DNA of 64,000 bases from Deltaproteobacteria bacterium (lineage in GTDB: Bacteria; Myxococcota_A; UBA9160; SMWR01), in contig JAQBGU010000188.1 in assembly GCA_032128375.1 (NCBI GenBank), forward strand, positions 64,001-128,000, in the 5' to 3' direction. Position numbers and translations under genes: made by a program. Numbering within the stretch: position 1 is the first letter of the stretch; the number at the start of each line of letters is the position of its first letter. The notes beneath the pieces were generated by a model. That model saw only the letters and a program-made list of their open reading frames with translations, was not told where the DNA came from and did not search any database. Positions 19,787-28,964 of the stretch are shown here, piece after piece.

Positions 19787-20901
19787 GCGTGCGAAGCTCA
19801 GCGCGCACGGCGCAACCGAACCGGATTCGGCCCTCACTGTGGCGGGGCGTGGTGTGTCTCGCAGTACTCGCCGGAATTGCGCCGCTGCTAGCGGTTTCAA
19901 ACGAGCGAGGCGCCCCGAACTCGCGGATTTCGTCGAGTGGATCGGCATCGGAGTACTGGGACATCGTCGCGCAGTTCGACTCGAACCACAGCCTGTTCGC
20001 GCGCTTCTTGATCACCAACGAAGGCCCAGGCGACCGAACCGCGGTCGCAACCTGGTACCTCGTGGACCCGGACGGAATGATGGTCCCGTTCCGCAATGGC
20101 CGCCGCGAAAGCCGCTGGACGCTCAGCCCGGACGGCGCACGGCTCGAAATCGGCTCGAGCGTGTTGGATCAGCGCGGTTCTGTGCACTCCCTCGAATACA
20201 GCAGTGGGAAGCGGGGCATCAAGGTCCACCTCAGGTTCGCAGCGTCGGGTGCTGTCGCCTGGACCGATACAGGCCCCGAGAGCCCGTACGCAATCGATTT
20301 GCTCAATATCGGAACTCCGGTAGTGGGAAGCCTATGGCTCCGGGGAATGAGCGAGCCGCTCGCCGTCAACGGCTCGATTTCGGTCACCCACACCTGGATG
20401 GAAGCAGGGGAATCCGAGCTCTCGCTGCGTCGGATCGAATTCTCGTCCAGCGGTGAGGGCGACGGGGTATACGTATCCGACGTGACCGAGCCTGGCGGTG
20501 GTCGTCACCGCTGGCTCGTCGTCAAACGCTACGGCGAGACGGTTTTCCAGACCTCGGACTTCCAGCTCGAAATCGAAAGGCCTGCGCGCTGGCGCGAGGG
20601 CTACCCCATGCCGGCTTCGCTGCGGATCACAGGTGCCGCCGTCGAGGGAAGCATCCAGGGCGGACCGCTCCTCGTCGAGGTAAACCCGCTAGAGAATCTT
20701 CCCCAACCGTTTCGATTCCTGTTATCCTTCAAGATGCGTCCCAGGAGGCTGTGGACGCTCGCATCATTCGACGTGAAGCTTCGAGCCGACCCCAACCTCC
20801 CCCCGGTTTCGCTGCAGGGCTCGGGCATCACCACGGTCACCTACCTAAACCCACTCCCCCAAAAAGTCTCGAGATCCCAGTCCGAGAATGCAGGAGCCTG
20901 A
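19783..20901 (+). CDS. Exported beta-rich protein, AttH/CrtC/Svf1-like (tentative fold)
   Basis: Signal/anchor segment GVVCLAVLAGIAPLLA, then SEYWDIVAQF, THTW and GYPMP. Overlaps the upstream stop. Confidence 0.55.
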   Translation: MSVRSSARTAQPNRIRPSLWRGVVCLAVLAGIAPLLAVSNERGAPNSRISSSGSASEYWDIVAQFDSNHSLFARFLITNEGPGDRTAVATWYLVDPDGMMVPFRNGRRESRWTLSPDGARLEIGSSVLDQRGSVHSLEYSSGKRGIKVHLRFAASGAVAWTDTGPESPYAIDLLNIGTPVVGSLWLRGMSEPLAVNGSISVTHTWMEAGESELSLRRIEFSSSGEGDGVYVSDVTEPGGGRHRWLVVKRYGETVFQTSDFQLEIERPARWREGYPMPASLRITGAAVEGSIQGGPLLVEVNPLENLPQPFRFLLSFKMRPRRLWTLASFDVKLRADPNLPPVSLQGSGITTVTYLNPLPQKVSRSQSENAGA

Positions 20902-20904
20902 GTC

Positions 20905-21861
20905 GTGAGAATCGGCTTGCTTAACAATCTTCGCGCTGGGCGCAGCCGTCGCCAGATTTCTAAAATCCTCGGCGTGCTCTCGGATTTCCCGCACGTGCAC
21001 CACGTCGAGACCGACAGCGTTCGTGCGGTCCCGGAAGCGCTTGCCGCGTTAGCGCTCGAGAACGTCGACCTGTTGATAGTCAATGGCGGCGACGGAACGC
21101 TCCAATATACGATCACACGCATACTATCCGGCATGGATTTTCAGGACATTCCGATGATCGCTCCCTTGCGAGGCGGTCGCACCAATATGAGCGCTCTCGA
21201 CCTTGGGGCTCACCGCAATCCCGCCAAAGGACTGCGCGAATTGCTCGACGATGCGTACAGCGGCCGAATCGCGAGCCGAATCGTGAAGCGCCCCGTGCTG
21301 CGCGTCGAAACGCTGCGCGACGCCAGCTTGAACTACGGTTTCTTTTTTGGAGCGGGGATGATCCATCGGGCCATCGCGCTGACCCACGACTTGTTTCCGA
21401 CCGGCCGCACCCAAGGTGTGTTCGGTGCCGGTCTTGTCACGGCTGGCCTGATCCTGCGGATGGGCGCCAACAAGCTCGACGGCGTGTTGACGCCGGACAA
21501 GGCCCAAATCACGCTCGACGGCGAATTCGTCGATTCGGGCGAGTTCACACTGATCATCGCTTCCAGTTTGAAGCGATTGTTCTGTCGAATGAACCCGTTT
21601 TGGGGCAGCGAGCCCGCACCGGTTCGATTTACCGCTGTTGCCAGCGACTCGGAACGCACCGCCATCGCCTCGGCCGGAATTCTCAGGGGCAAGCCCAGTG
21701 CGTTCGTCACACCGGAGAACGGTTATACCAGCCGCAACGTCGCTACCGCGGAGCTCCGGATTCACTGCGGCTTCACAGTCGATGGCGAGGTGATCGCGCC
21801 TTGCGACGACGAAGTCGTTCGGATCAGCGGAGACGAGAAAATCACCTTTCTTCGGGCGTGA
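20905..21861 (+). CDS. Diacylglycerol/ceramide kinase family protein (CpgB-like)
   Basis: LLNNLRAG, VNGGDGT, PLRGGRTNM and FTVDGE. Confidence 0.85.
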   Translation: MRIGLLNNLRAGRSRRQISKILGVLSDFPHVHHVETDSVRAVPEALAALALENVDLLIVNGGDGTLQYTITRILSGMDFQDIPMIAPLRGGRTNMSALDLGAHRNPAKGLRELLDDAYSGRIASRIVKRPVLRVETLRDASLNYGFFFGAGMIHRAIALTHDLFPTGRTQGVFGAGLVTAGLILRMGANKLDGVLTPDKAQITLDGEFVDSGEFTLIIASSLKRLFCRMNPFWGSEPAPVRFTAVASDSERTAIASAGILRGKPSAFVTPENGYTSRNVATAELRIHCGFTVDGEVIAPCDDEVVRISGDEKITFLRA

Positions 21862-21894
21862 CCGTGACCCCGACCATCCCTGTGCTGGCCTGAT

Positions 21895-22893
21895 ATGTCG
21901 CCTGGCGGCGCTGCCCGCGGGGTCGGGTGTGTGTCGAAGGCCGATCCATCAGCCCTCGAGGCGATGGTCGTAGCAGAGCTGTTCAGGCCAGCGCCAAAGG
22001 CCGCCGTGCTCATGGCCGAGCGATTCGTCCGACGCCATGGAACCAGCGTTGCTGCAGTGCTGTTCTACGGCTCGTGCTTGCGACGCGGAAGCATCGAGGG
22101 AGTGCTCGACTTCTATGTGCTGGTCGACCGCTATCGCGACGTGTACGGGTCGCGCGCGCTCGCGTGGGCCAACCGTGCGCTTCCGCCCAATGTGTTCTAT
22201 CTGGAGGCCGACACAGAGATCGGGATGCTGCGTTGCAAGTACGCGGTGATTTCCTGCGACGATTTCGACCGCGGAGCCAGACCTGGCAGTCTTCGATCGA
22301 GTATCTGGGCGCGTTTCTGCCAGCCGGCGTTGAGTGTCTGGACCCGGGACGCAGCCGCGCGACGCAGGATATCGAGCTCAGTCACCGAAGCGATCTTGAC
22401 CGCAGTCGGTCGCGTTGTACCGCTGATGGCGGATGCTCGAGGGGTCGCGTATTTCGATTCGGAGCAGCTGTGGCTACGCGTGTTGCAGGAGACCTACTCA
22501 GCTGAATGGCGCACCGAATCCCCCGAAACGATCCAAAGCCTGCATTGCGCAAATCCGGATCGCTACGCAGCCGCGACGCGAGGCGCACTCGACACGTTGG
22601 CTAGCCGGGGGGTGTTGCAGTTCGCCCGCAGCGAAGACGGGTTCGAGGTCACGGCGTGTTGCCAAAGCCAAGCGGTACCACGGCCGGTGCGGCGCCCACT
22701 TGCGAAGTTCGTCTACTTGCTTGCCCTGCTGAAGAGCATCGCGACGTTTGGAGATTGGCTGCCGTATGCGCTTTGGAAGCTCGAGCGGCACACCGGCAAT
22801 CGAATCGAACTGACGGACCGGCAGCGCCGGCACCCGCTCTTCTTGGGTTGGCCTGTGCTGCTACGGGTGCTCTGGCAGCGAGACTTGCGCTGA
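21895..22893 (+). CDS. Nucleotidyltransferase-fold protein (CpgC/Tam41-like)
   Basis: AVLFYGSCLR...LDFYVLVD (GS...DxxxxxD), LPPNVFY, KYAV, IWARFCQP and WKLERHTG. Exact start uncertain. Confidence 0.7.
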   Translation: MSPGGAARGVGCVSKADPSALEAMVVAELFRPAPKAAVLMAERFVRRHGTSVAAVLFYGSCLRRGSIEGVLDFYVLVDRYRDVYGSRALAWANRALPPNVFYLEADTEIGMLRCKYAVISCDDFDRGARPGSLRSSIWARFCQPALSVWTRDAAARRRISSSVTEAILTAVGRVVPLMADARGVAYFDSEQLWLRVLQETYSAEWRTESPETIQSLHCANPDRYAAATRGALDTLASRGVLQFARSEDGFEVTACCQSQAVPRPVRRPLAKFVYLLALLKSIATFGDWLPYALWKLERHTGNRIELTDRQRRHPLFLGWPVLLRVLWQRDLR

Positions 22894-23946
22894 GACTTCG
22901 CCACGCCCCGCGTTGCGCCAAAGGCTCTGCAGTGTATGCGGTCCATCGCGCAAGGTCGCCCGATACGGCGCACTTTGCGGGAGTTCGGATAGGAGATGCC
23001 GGTGTACGCGTCCCAGGCTGTGGTATGGCAGGTACGGCAGGTAGTGATGCAGCGCGTGGTAGCGAAGACCAACCGGCGCGAACAGTACGGTCAGTAGCGG
23101 GTACCCGCGCAGCGTAATCGAGTCGAGAAGTTGTTCCTCGACATCCATCGTACCGCCTTCGTTTTCGTAATGATGAGCGGCCAGCGTTCTGACCTGATTC
23201 ACGGTCAATACGCCAGCGCTAACGATGCACCACTGCGCGATCCACTGCAGCGGCACCCAGCCAAAATACGCGGCTGCGGCGATCAACCAGACGAACCCGG
23301 CCGCCGCCGCTTCTTGAATTTTCCAACGGCGCACTTGGGGCCCGCGTGGCATCGGGCGGACATAGTCAGAGTTGATCACAAGAGTTGAGAGCTTGCCGAC
23401 GACCAGCCGACGCAGCGGCGGGACGAAATACGAAATCGGCCCGACCAGACCCCAACGCAATGGCAAGACCAGCGGCAGTAGCGCGACCGTGAACACGAAT
23501 GCGACGATGCGCAGACGTCCCCAACGAGCGATCGGCGCGTACTCGGGATCATCGTTTGTGCCGAAGCCCATTCGGGTGTGGTGATCGAGGTGGGAGCCGA
23601 CGTACATCAAGCTCGGGATGAGCATCGGAATCCCGAGCATCGCATTCCATGCGAGTTCGAAGCCGGGAAGTTGGCCGCGCTTGAGGTGCGATAGTTCATG
23701 GATGAACAGAGCCGCGCGCAACATCGCGAGGATCGCTCCCAGCGTCGCGGCCACGTGAACAAGCGAACCGGGCAGCGCCGTGGCGGCGACGAAGAACATC
23801 GCCCAACCGACACAAGTCGATGCGAGCAAGTCTGCCCAATAGATGAATCGGCTGGGCTCCGCGCGCAACTCGATTCGCTTAATGAGATCGGTAATGCGGA
23901 GCACTGAGTGCTGGCGTCGAGCCGACGCAAGTGAATCGTCACTCAT
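22861..23946 (-). CDS. Membrane fatty-acid/lipid desaturase
   Basis: His boxes HELSH, HLDHH and HALHH, with TM segments. Confidence 0.88.
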   Translation of the reverse strand: MSDDSLASARRQHSVLRITDLIKRIELRAEPSRFIYWADLLASTCVGWAMFFVAATALPGSLVHVAATLGAILAMLRAALFIHELSHLKRGQLPGFELAWNAMLGIPMLIPSLMYVGSHLDHHTRMGFGTNDDPEYAPIARWGRLRIVAFVFTVALLPLVLPLRWGLVGPISYFVPPLRRLVVGKLSTLVINSDYVRPMPRGPQVRRWKIQEAAAAGFVWLIAAAAYFGWVPLQWIAQWCIVSAGVLTVNQVRTLAAHHYENEGGTMDVEEQLLDSITLRGYPLLTVLFAPVGLRYHALHHYLPYLPYHSLGRVHRHLLSELPQSAPYRATLRDGPHTLQSLWRNAGRGEVSAQVSLPEHP

Positions 23947-24154
23947 GCGATCTGGTGACTCCTGAGATTTAGATCTGCTGAATATGGCTCCGCCCCTGCG
24001 GCCCCCCGGTCCCCCCGGTCCAGCAAGTGCGGAACGTTACATCAATCGCCCCGATCGAAACCACTGGGAATTTTCGACAGCGTAGGTGAAAAGCCCCTCT
24101 CGGTTCGAGGGAATCAGACCCTTGTCGGCAGATTCACTGGAGGACTGAAGCCTG

Positions 24155-24646
24155 TCAGTTGGACTTGACCGCCTGATTCAACGCCGCCTCTACGGCCAAA
24201 ACGACCGGTGCGACCGTTGACGCAACGTCCCGGGGCACCAGTTCGAGGAGCCGGCGAGACAAGACGCTCTCTGCGCGACGTATCGCGACGCGCCCCTCGT
24301 CGGTAGGCTCGAGTTGGATTCCCCGGCGGTCGCTCGGCACAGGGACACGCCGCAGCAGGTTGCTGTGCGCGAGTCCATCCACAAGAGAGGTCAGAGTCGG
24401 GCGGCTCACACCCACTTGGATCGCCAAGTCGCTTGCTCGTTGCGGGCGATTGGAGATGCTGACCAGCAGGCGGTACTGGGGCAGGCTGATCCCCGACTCC
24501 TGGCAAGCTCGTTCAGCGACACGCGCCAGACGGGCCAGCAGCCTGATCCCAGGGATGAAATCAGGTTCGATTTCTGACGAAATCGGCGAAATCAGCGCAG
24601 TCGGCGAAGTCGGCGAAGTCGGTGAGGGGGTGATCGTGGCTTCCAT
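24155..24646 (-). CDS. MarR-family transcriptional regulator
   Basis: ISLPQYRLL...ASDLA..VGVSRPTLTSLVDGL...LLRR...DRR...TDEGR. Confidence 0.88.
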   Translation of the reverse strand: MEATITPSPTSPTSPTALISPISSEIEPDFIPGIRLLARLARVAERACQESGISLPQYRLLVSISNRPQRASDLAIQVGVSRPTLTSLVDGLAHSNLLRRVPVPSDRRGIQLEPTDEGRVAIRRAESVLSRRLLELVPRDVASTVAPVVLAVEAALNQAVKSN

Positions 24647-24742
24647 CGTCGGGTCTCCAGAGAGCAAAGCAAATAGCCGTAAGATTGCAGTATACGACGA
24701 ATTCACCGAATCTGACTAACCATCAAGTTCGAATATTCGGCT

Positions 24743-25309
24743 CTAGTGCGAAATGGCCGCTTCAGCCTGTTCGAGGACGCCGCGAGTGTCGAAAACCAGC
24801 AAGTCGCCGACTCCGACGCCCATTTCGGCCAGCCGGCCGCCGGCGGTTTCCAGTGAAAAACGCACAGGACCACTGCTGCGATAGACAGGTAGGCGGTTTT
24901 CGTAATCTCGGGTGCTCTCGGCTGGGCCGCGACGAGGCTCTGGCTGCATCTCGTGGCTGGTGATGATGCGGCCCTCCTCATCGAGAAAGGCGACATCGAT
25001 CGGAATCGGGCAGTCGCGCATCACCATCCCGACGATCTGCGACGGCCGGTTGACAAACAGCATGCCACCGGTCGGAGAGATGAATCGTCTCCCCCCAAGC
25101 CCTCGGTTGCGAGTCTGGGAGTCCAGCGCGAGTTCCAGCTCGAACAGCTCTGCACCGATCTCGACCCAGGCCGTGGCCGGCTTTGCGCCTCGGTCGGGCG
25201 GCGGCTTCGCCTCACTGAGGTCCTCGCTCGAACATCCCTTCAGCCCGATCGCGACCAAAAGGAGAACCAGCGCGAATAATTTGGCGTCGCCCGCGTGATG
25301 TCCAATCAA
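24743..25309 (-). CDS. DUF192-family exported protein
   Basis: Signal/lipobox-like N-terminus, ELELA...RNRGL, GGMLFV, MRDCPIPIDVAFLD and LETAGG. Confidence 0.8.
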   Translation of the reverse strand: MIGHHAGDAKLFALVLLLVAIGLKGCSSEDLSEAKPPPDRGAKPATAWVEIGAELFELELALDSQTRNRGLGGRRFISPTGGMLFVNRPSQIVGMVMRDCPIPIDVAFLDEEGRIITSHEMQPEPRRGPAESTRDYENRLPVYRSSGPVRFSLETAGGRLAEMGVGVGDLLVFDTRGVLEQAEAAISH

Positions 25310-25610
25310 GACGCCTCTCCGGATCCGAATCTGAACACCGTGATACTACGATTTGGGCTGCGCGGTGAAAACTGCCGCATCCCGCGGTCAGCTGTTGTTG
25401 CTGCCGCCTCGCGACCCGGTTGTCGACTCGAGGGGTCTAGCGGTTGCGATCTCACACTTCTTGGCCGTGCTACGATGATTGACTCCAGAGTCAACACTGC
25501 AGAGTCAACCCAGTGAGTCAATCCCGTCAATTCCCCCAAGCCCGGCTGCGCGAACCCCATCAGTTCAGGTCCGAAGCAGGGCCGATGCGCGCCGAAAAGG
25601 AGTTACAAAA

Positions 25611-26816
25611 GTGGGCAAGAAAGTATTCGTAGTCGGCGTCGGTATGACCAAGTTCGAGAAGCCCGGATCCAAGGACTGGGACTACCCGGATATGGCGAAG
25701 GAAGCTGGAACCAACGCGCTCGCAGACGCCGGCATCGACTACAGCGAAATTCAGCAGGCAATCGTCGGCTATTGCTACGGCGACTCGACCTGCGGCGAGC
25801 GGGCCGTGTATACGCTGGGGTTGACCGGAATCCCGGTCTATAACGTCAACAACAACTGCTCGACCGGCTCGACCGCACTGTTCATGGCCAAACAGTTCGT
25901 CGAGGGCGACTTGGTGGACTGCGCGCTCGCGTTGGGCTTCGAGAAGATGGAAAAGGGTTCGCTGGGGATCAAATACACCGATCGCACCAACCCGATGGAC
26001 AAACACGCGGGCGCCATGATCGAGATGCGGGGCTACGAGCCGAAGTCTCCCGCCGCGGCCCAGTTCTTCGGCAACGCCGGGCGCGAGCACATGGAGCGCT
26101 ACGGCACCACCCCGGAGCACTTCGCGAAGATCGGCTGGAAGAACCACAAGCATTCGGTGAATAACCCGTACTCGCAGTTCCAGGACGAGTACTCGCTCGA
26201 CGACATCAAGAATTCACCCATGGTGTACGACCCGCTGACGAAGCTGCAGTGCTGCCCGACCTCCGATGGCTCAGGGGCCGCGGTCGTCTGCAGCGAACAA
26301 TTCGTGAAGAAGCACGGACTCGAAGACAAGGCAGTCGAGATCATCGGCATGGCGATGACGACAGACTTAGAGACTACCTTCAGCGAGAAGAGCAGCATGA
26401 AGCTGATCGGCACTGATATGACCAAGCGAGCGGCCCAGATGGTCTACGAGCAATCGGGTGTCGGCCCCGAGGACGTGGATGTGGTCGAGCTCCACGACTG
26501 CTTTTCGTGCAACGAACTCGTTACCTACGAGGGACTCGGACTATGCCCTGAAGGCAAAGCCGGCGAGTTCATCGATTCTGGTGCGAACACCTACGGCGGC
26601 CAGGTCGTCATCAACCCCTCCGGCGGACTGATCTCGAAGGGTCACCCGCTCGGCGCTACCGGGCTCGCACAGTGCGCCGAACTCACATGGCAACTGCGCG
26701 GGGCAGCCAATCAGCGCCAGGTCGAGGGCGCGAAGATTGCGCTCCAACACAACTTGGGCCTCGGTGGCGCTGCGGTAGTCGCTGCGTACCGCAAGGCGTC
26801 CTTCCAACCGCGATAG
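25611..26816 (+). CDS. SCP-x/lipid-transfer-protein type thiolase
   Basis: [45 protein letters not shown] and [14 protein letters not shown] lies upstream of GTG 25611. Confidence 0.92.
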   Translation: MGKKVFVVGVGMTKFEKPGSKDWDYPDMAKEAGTNALADAGIDYSEIQQAIVGYCYGDSTCGERAVYTLGLTGIPVYNVNNNCSTGSTALFMAKQFVEGDLVDCALALGFEKMEKGSLGIKYTDRTNPMDKHAGAMIEMRGYEPKSPAAAQFFGNAGREHMERYGTTPEHFAKIGWKNHKHSVNNPYSQFQDEYSLDDIKNSPMVYDPLTKLQCCPTSDGSGAAVVCSEQFVKKHGLEDKAVEIIGMAMTTDLETTFSEKSSMKLIGTDMTKRAAQMVYEQSGVGPEDVDVVELHDCFSCNELVTYEGLGLCPEGKAGEFIDSGANTYGGQVVINPSGGLISKGHPLGATGLAQCAELTWQLRGAANQRQVEGAKIALQHNLGLGGAAVVAAYRKASFQPR

Positions 26817-27083
26817 GCGCCACTCAGTACACGCGCCGATGTGCGCGCGATGGCCGTCCCGGCGACCCTGGCGCTCATCGGTGGCGGACGGGTGGGATCG
26901 CGCTGCGATGTGGAAGCGCTAGCCACGACACGGTGAGAGCGCCAGCATGCTGTGGAAGATCTGTGCATCGCGAAAGCGCGGTGTTCTTTTCGGCCGGGGC
27001 AACCCGACACCGACGATCATCAAGATTGGGGTCCGCTTGGCTGAACCGAATCAAGACAGCCGCACGAGGGCCGTCGAATCCGA

Positions 27084-28247
27084 ATGTGGGGTCACGTGAA
27101 CCCCGAATCTTCGACTCGAACCGGGGACATCCTCGCCCCGCGCACCTGGGTTCTGCTCGATGAGCGCCCCGGCAACAGCACCCAATCGCTCGGTCTCGCG
27201 CAAACGCTCGGGTGGCCATTCGAGACGTACAATTTGCAGTTCGGGCCGATGGCCAAGATGCACAGCGCATTGCTCGGCGGTTCGACCCTGGGAGTCGACC
27301 GGCGGCGCTCCGACGCATTCGGGCCGCCGTGGCCCGACCTGGTTGTCGCGGCGGGCGGCCGAACCGCCCCGGTTTCGCGGTGGATTCGCGGCAAATCCGG
27401 CGGCCGGACGCGGACCGTGCATCTGGGGCGCCGCGGAGGTGCGCGCGCGGCTTGTTTCGATCTCGTCGTCACGCCGGGCAATGCACGCCTATGGCCGCAC
27501 CCACGGCGGATGGTGACCCTGCTGCCGACCAACCGAGTCGACCCCGAGACCCTCAGACGGGCGGCACAGCGATGGCAACCGAGCTTCGATGGGCAGCCCG
27601 CTCCGCGCATCGCGCTACTGGTCGGCGGCGCCACACCGCTGTTCCGGTTTGGGCCCGATGAGGCCCGCCAGCTTGGTGGTCAGGTCGCAGCGCTGGCCCG
27701 CGATACGGGCGGGTCTGTCTTCGTGTCGACAAGCCGACGAACCGGCGGTGCCGCAAGCCGGGAACTCGCCAAGGCGCTCCCGGACGCGGCGATATTTCAC
27801 AGCTGGTCGCCGGGCGCCGAGGACAATCCTTTCCTCGGACTGCTGGCGCTGGCCGACTGGATCGTCGTCACGGGGGATAGCGAGTCCATGTTGGCGGAGG
27901 CCTGCGCGACGGCGAAGCCGGTCTCGATTTACGCGCTGCCGCCTGTCGGCCGTGCAACGCCGCGGCGCAGGATGGGCGAGGCGCTGGTCGCGCGCGCGAT
28001 GCAGTGTCGACCAGCGGGGCCTGAAGCAACCGAACGGCTGCCGTGGACGCTCGCAGGCTGCTGCGCGTGGTCGATTTCGTCGGGCTGGATTCTGCCACCG
28101 CGGGACCTCGATGGACTCCGTGAGAACCTGATCGCCAGTGGGCGCGTGCACGCGCTCGGCGACCCACCCGAGTCGGGAGCGGTCGAGCCACTTCGGGAAG
28201 TCGAGAACGTCGCAGCGCGGGTCCGAAAGCTATTCGAGACCGGCTGA
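27084..28247 (+). CDS. ELM1/GtrOC1-family putative glycosyltransferase
   Basis: WVLLDERPGNSTQSLGLA, PPWPDLVVAAG, STSRRT and NPFLGLLALADWIVVTGDSESMLAEA. Paralogue of the C-terminal domain of 9146-11587. Confidence 0.85.
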   Translation: MWGHVNPESSTRTGDILAPRTWVLLDERPGNSTQSLGLAQTLGWPFETYNLQFGPMAKMHSALLGGSTLGVDRRRSDAFGPPWPDLVVAAGGRTAPVSRWIRGKSGGRTRTVHLGRRGGARAACFDLVVTPGNARLWPHPRRMVTLLPTNRVDPETLRRAAQRWQPSFDGQPAPRIALLVGGATPLFRFGPDEARQLGGQVAALARDTGGSVFVSTSRRTGGAASRELAKALPDAAIFHSWSPGAEDNPFLGLLALADWIVVTGDSESMLAEACATAKPVSIYALPPVGRATPRRRMGEALVARAMQCRPAGPEATERLPWTLAGCCAWSISSGWILPPRDLDGLRENLIASGRVHALGDPPESGAVEPLREVENVAARVRKLFETG

Positions 28248-28964
28248 AACCGGCGCAACCGCCCGCGTCCTACCGAACCCGCGACGCAGAATTTCAAGCG
28301 CCGGTACCCGATCCACCACGACGATGAATACCTTGCGGAACAACCCCGCGGGGCACCGAATCGGGCGCACTCCGTGCCACGAGTCGTTTCTGCGAATGAA
28401 CAGCAGGCTGCGGTTCCCAATGTGCTCGCCGGCAAATTCTCGATCGAAATCGCCGAAACCGGGTGCCGAGCGCCGGTCGAGTCGACGATCGGAATCGAGA
28501 ATCAGCGTCGCGCCACCCCACGCTTCGTCCCACTCCGTCTCGCGGGAAAAATAAAAGATGTGCGACCCGAGCTTGTGCTTCGAGTCGCAGTGCGGCGAAA
28601 CCGAGCACCCCCGCGGCGTGTAGTGCCAGTGGAAACTCAAATCGATCGATCGGCGACCGGCCAAGCGCGCAATTGCGGCCGCATAGCGGTCGCTGGTGAT
28701 CTCGGACATGAAGTGTCGCCACGGGGGCGAAAGCTCGAGTTCCGGAGTGTAGTCGAGCGTGAACCGGTCATGGCTGTGTTGACCGAATTTTCGTTCCTTG
28801 CCGAATATGCGGCGGAACCTGGATACCTCGGGAAGCGTGTCCGCCAGCGATTCGAAACCCTCACTCGAGATCAGATCGGACGGGTTGATCCACGGGTAGG
28901 GCCGCACCGCGCGAAAGCGCCGCGGGTCGATCGCCTCCAATCGGTCGAAGTCCAGATACTTCAC
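28230..28964 (-). CDS. 2OG-Fe(II) oxygenase
   Basis: HxD (SPHCD), WGG, SWHGV and a distal R. GTG start overlaps the upstream stop (GTGA). Confidence 0.8.
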   Translation of the reverse strand: MKYLDFDRLEAIDPRRFRAVRPYPWINPSDLISSEGFESLADTLPEVSRFRRIFGKERKFGQHSHDRFTLDYTPELELSPPWRHFMSEITSDRYAAAIARLAGRRSIDLSFHWHYTPRGCSVSPHCDSKHKLGSHIFYFSRETEWDEAWGGATLILDSDRRLDRRSAPGFGDFDREFAGEHIGNRSLLFIRRNDSWHGVRPIRCPAGLFRKVFIVVVDRVPALEILRRGFGRTRAVAPVSAGLE

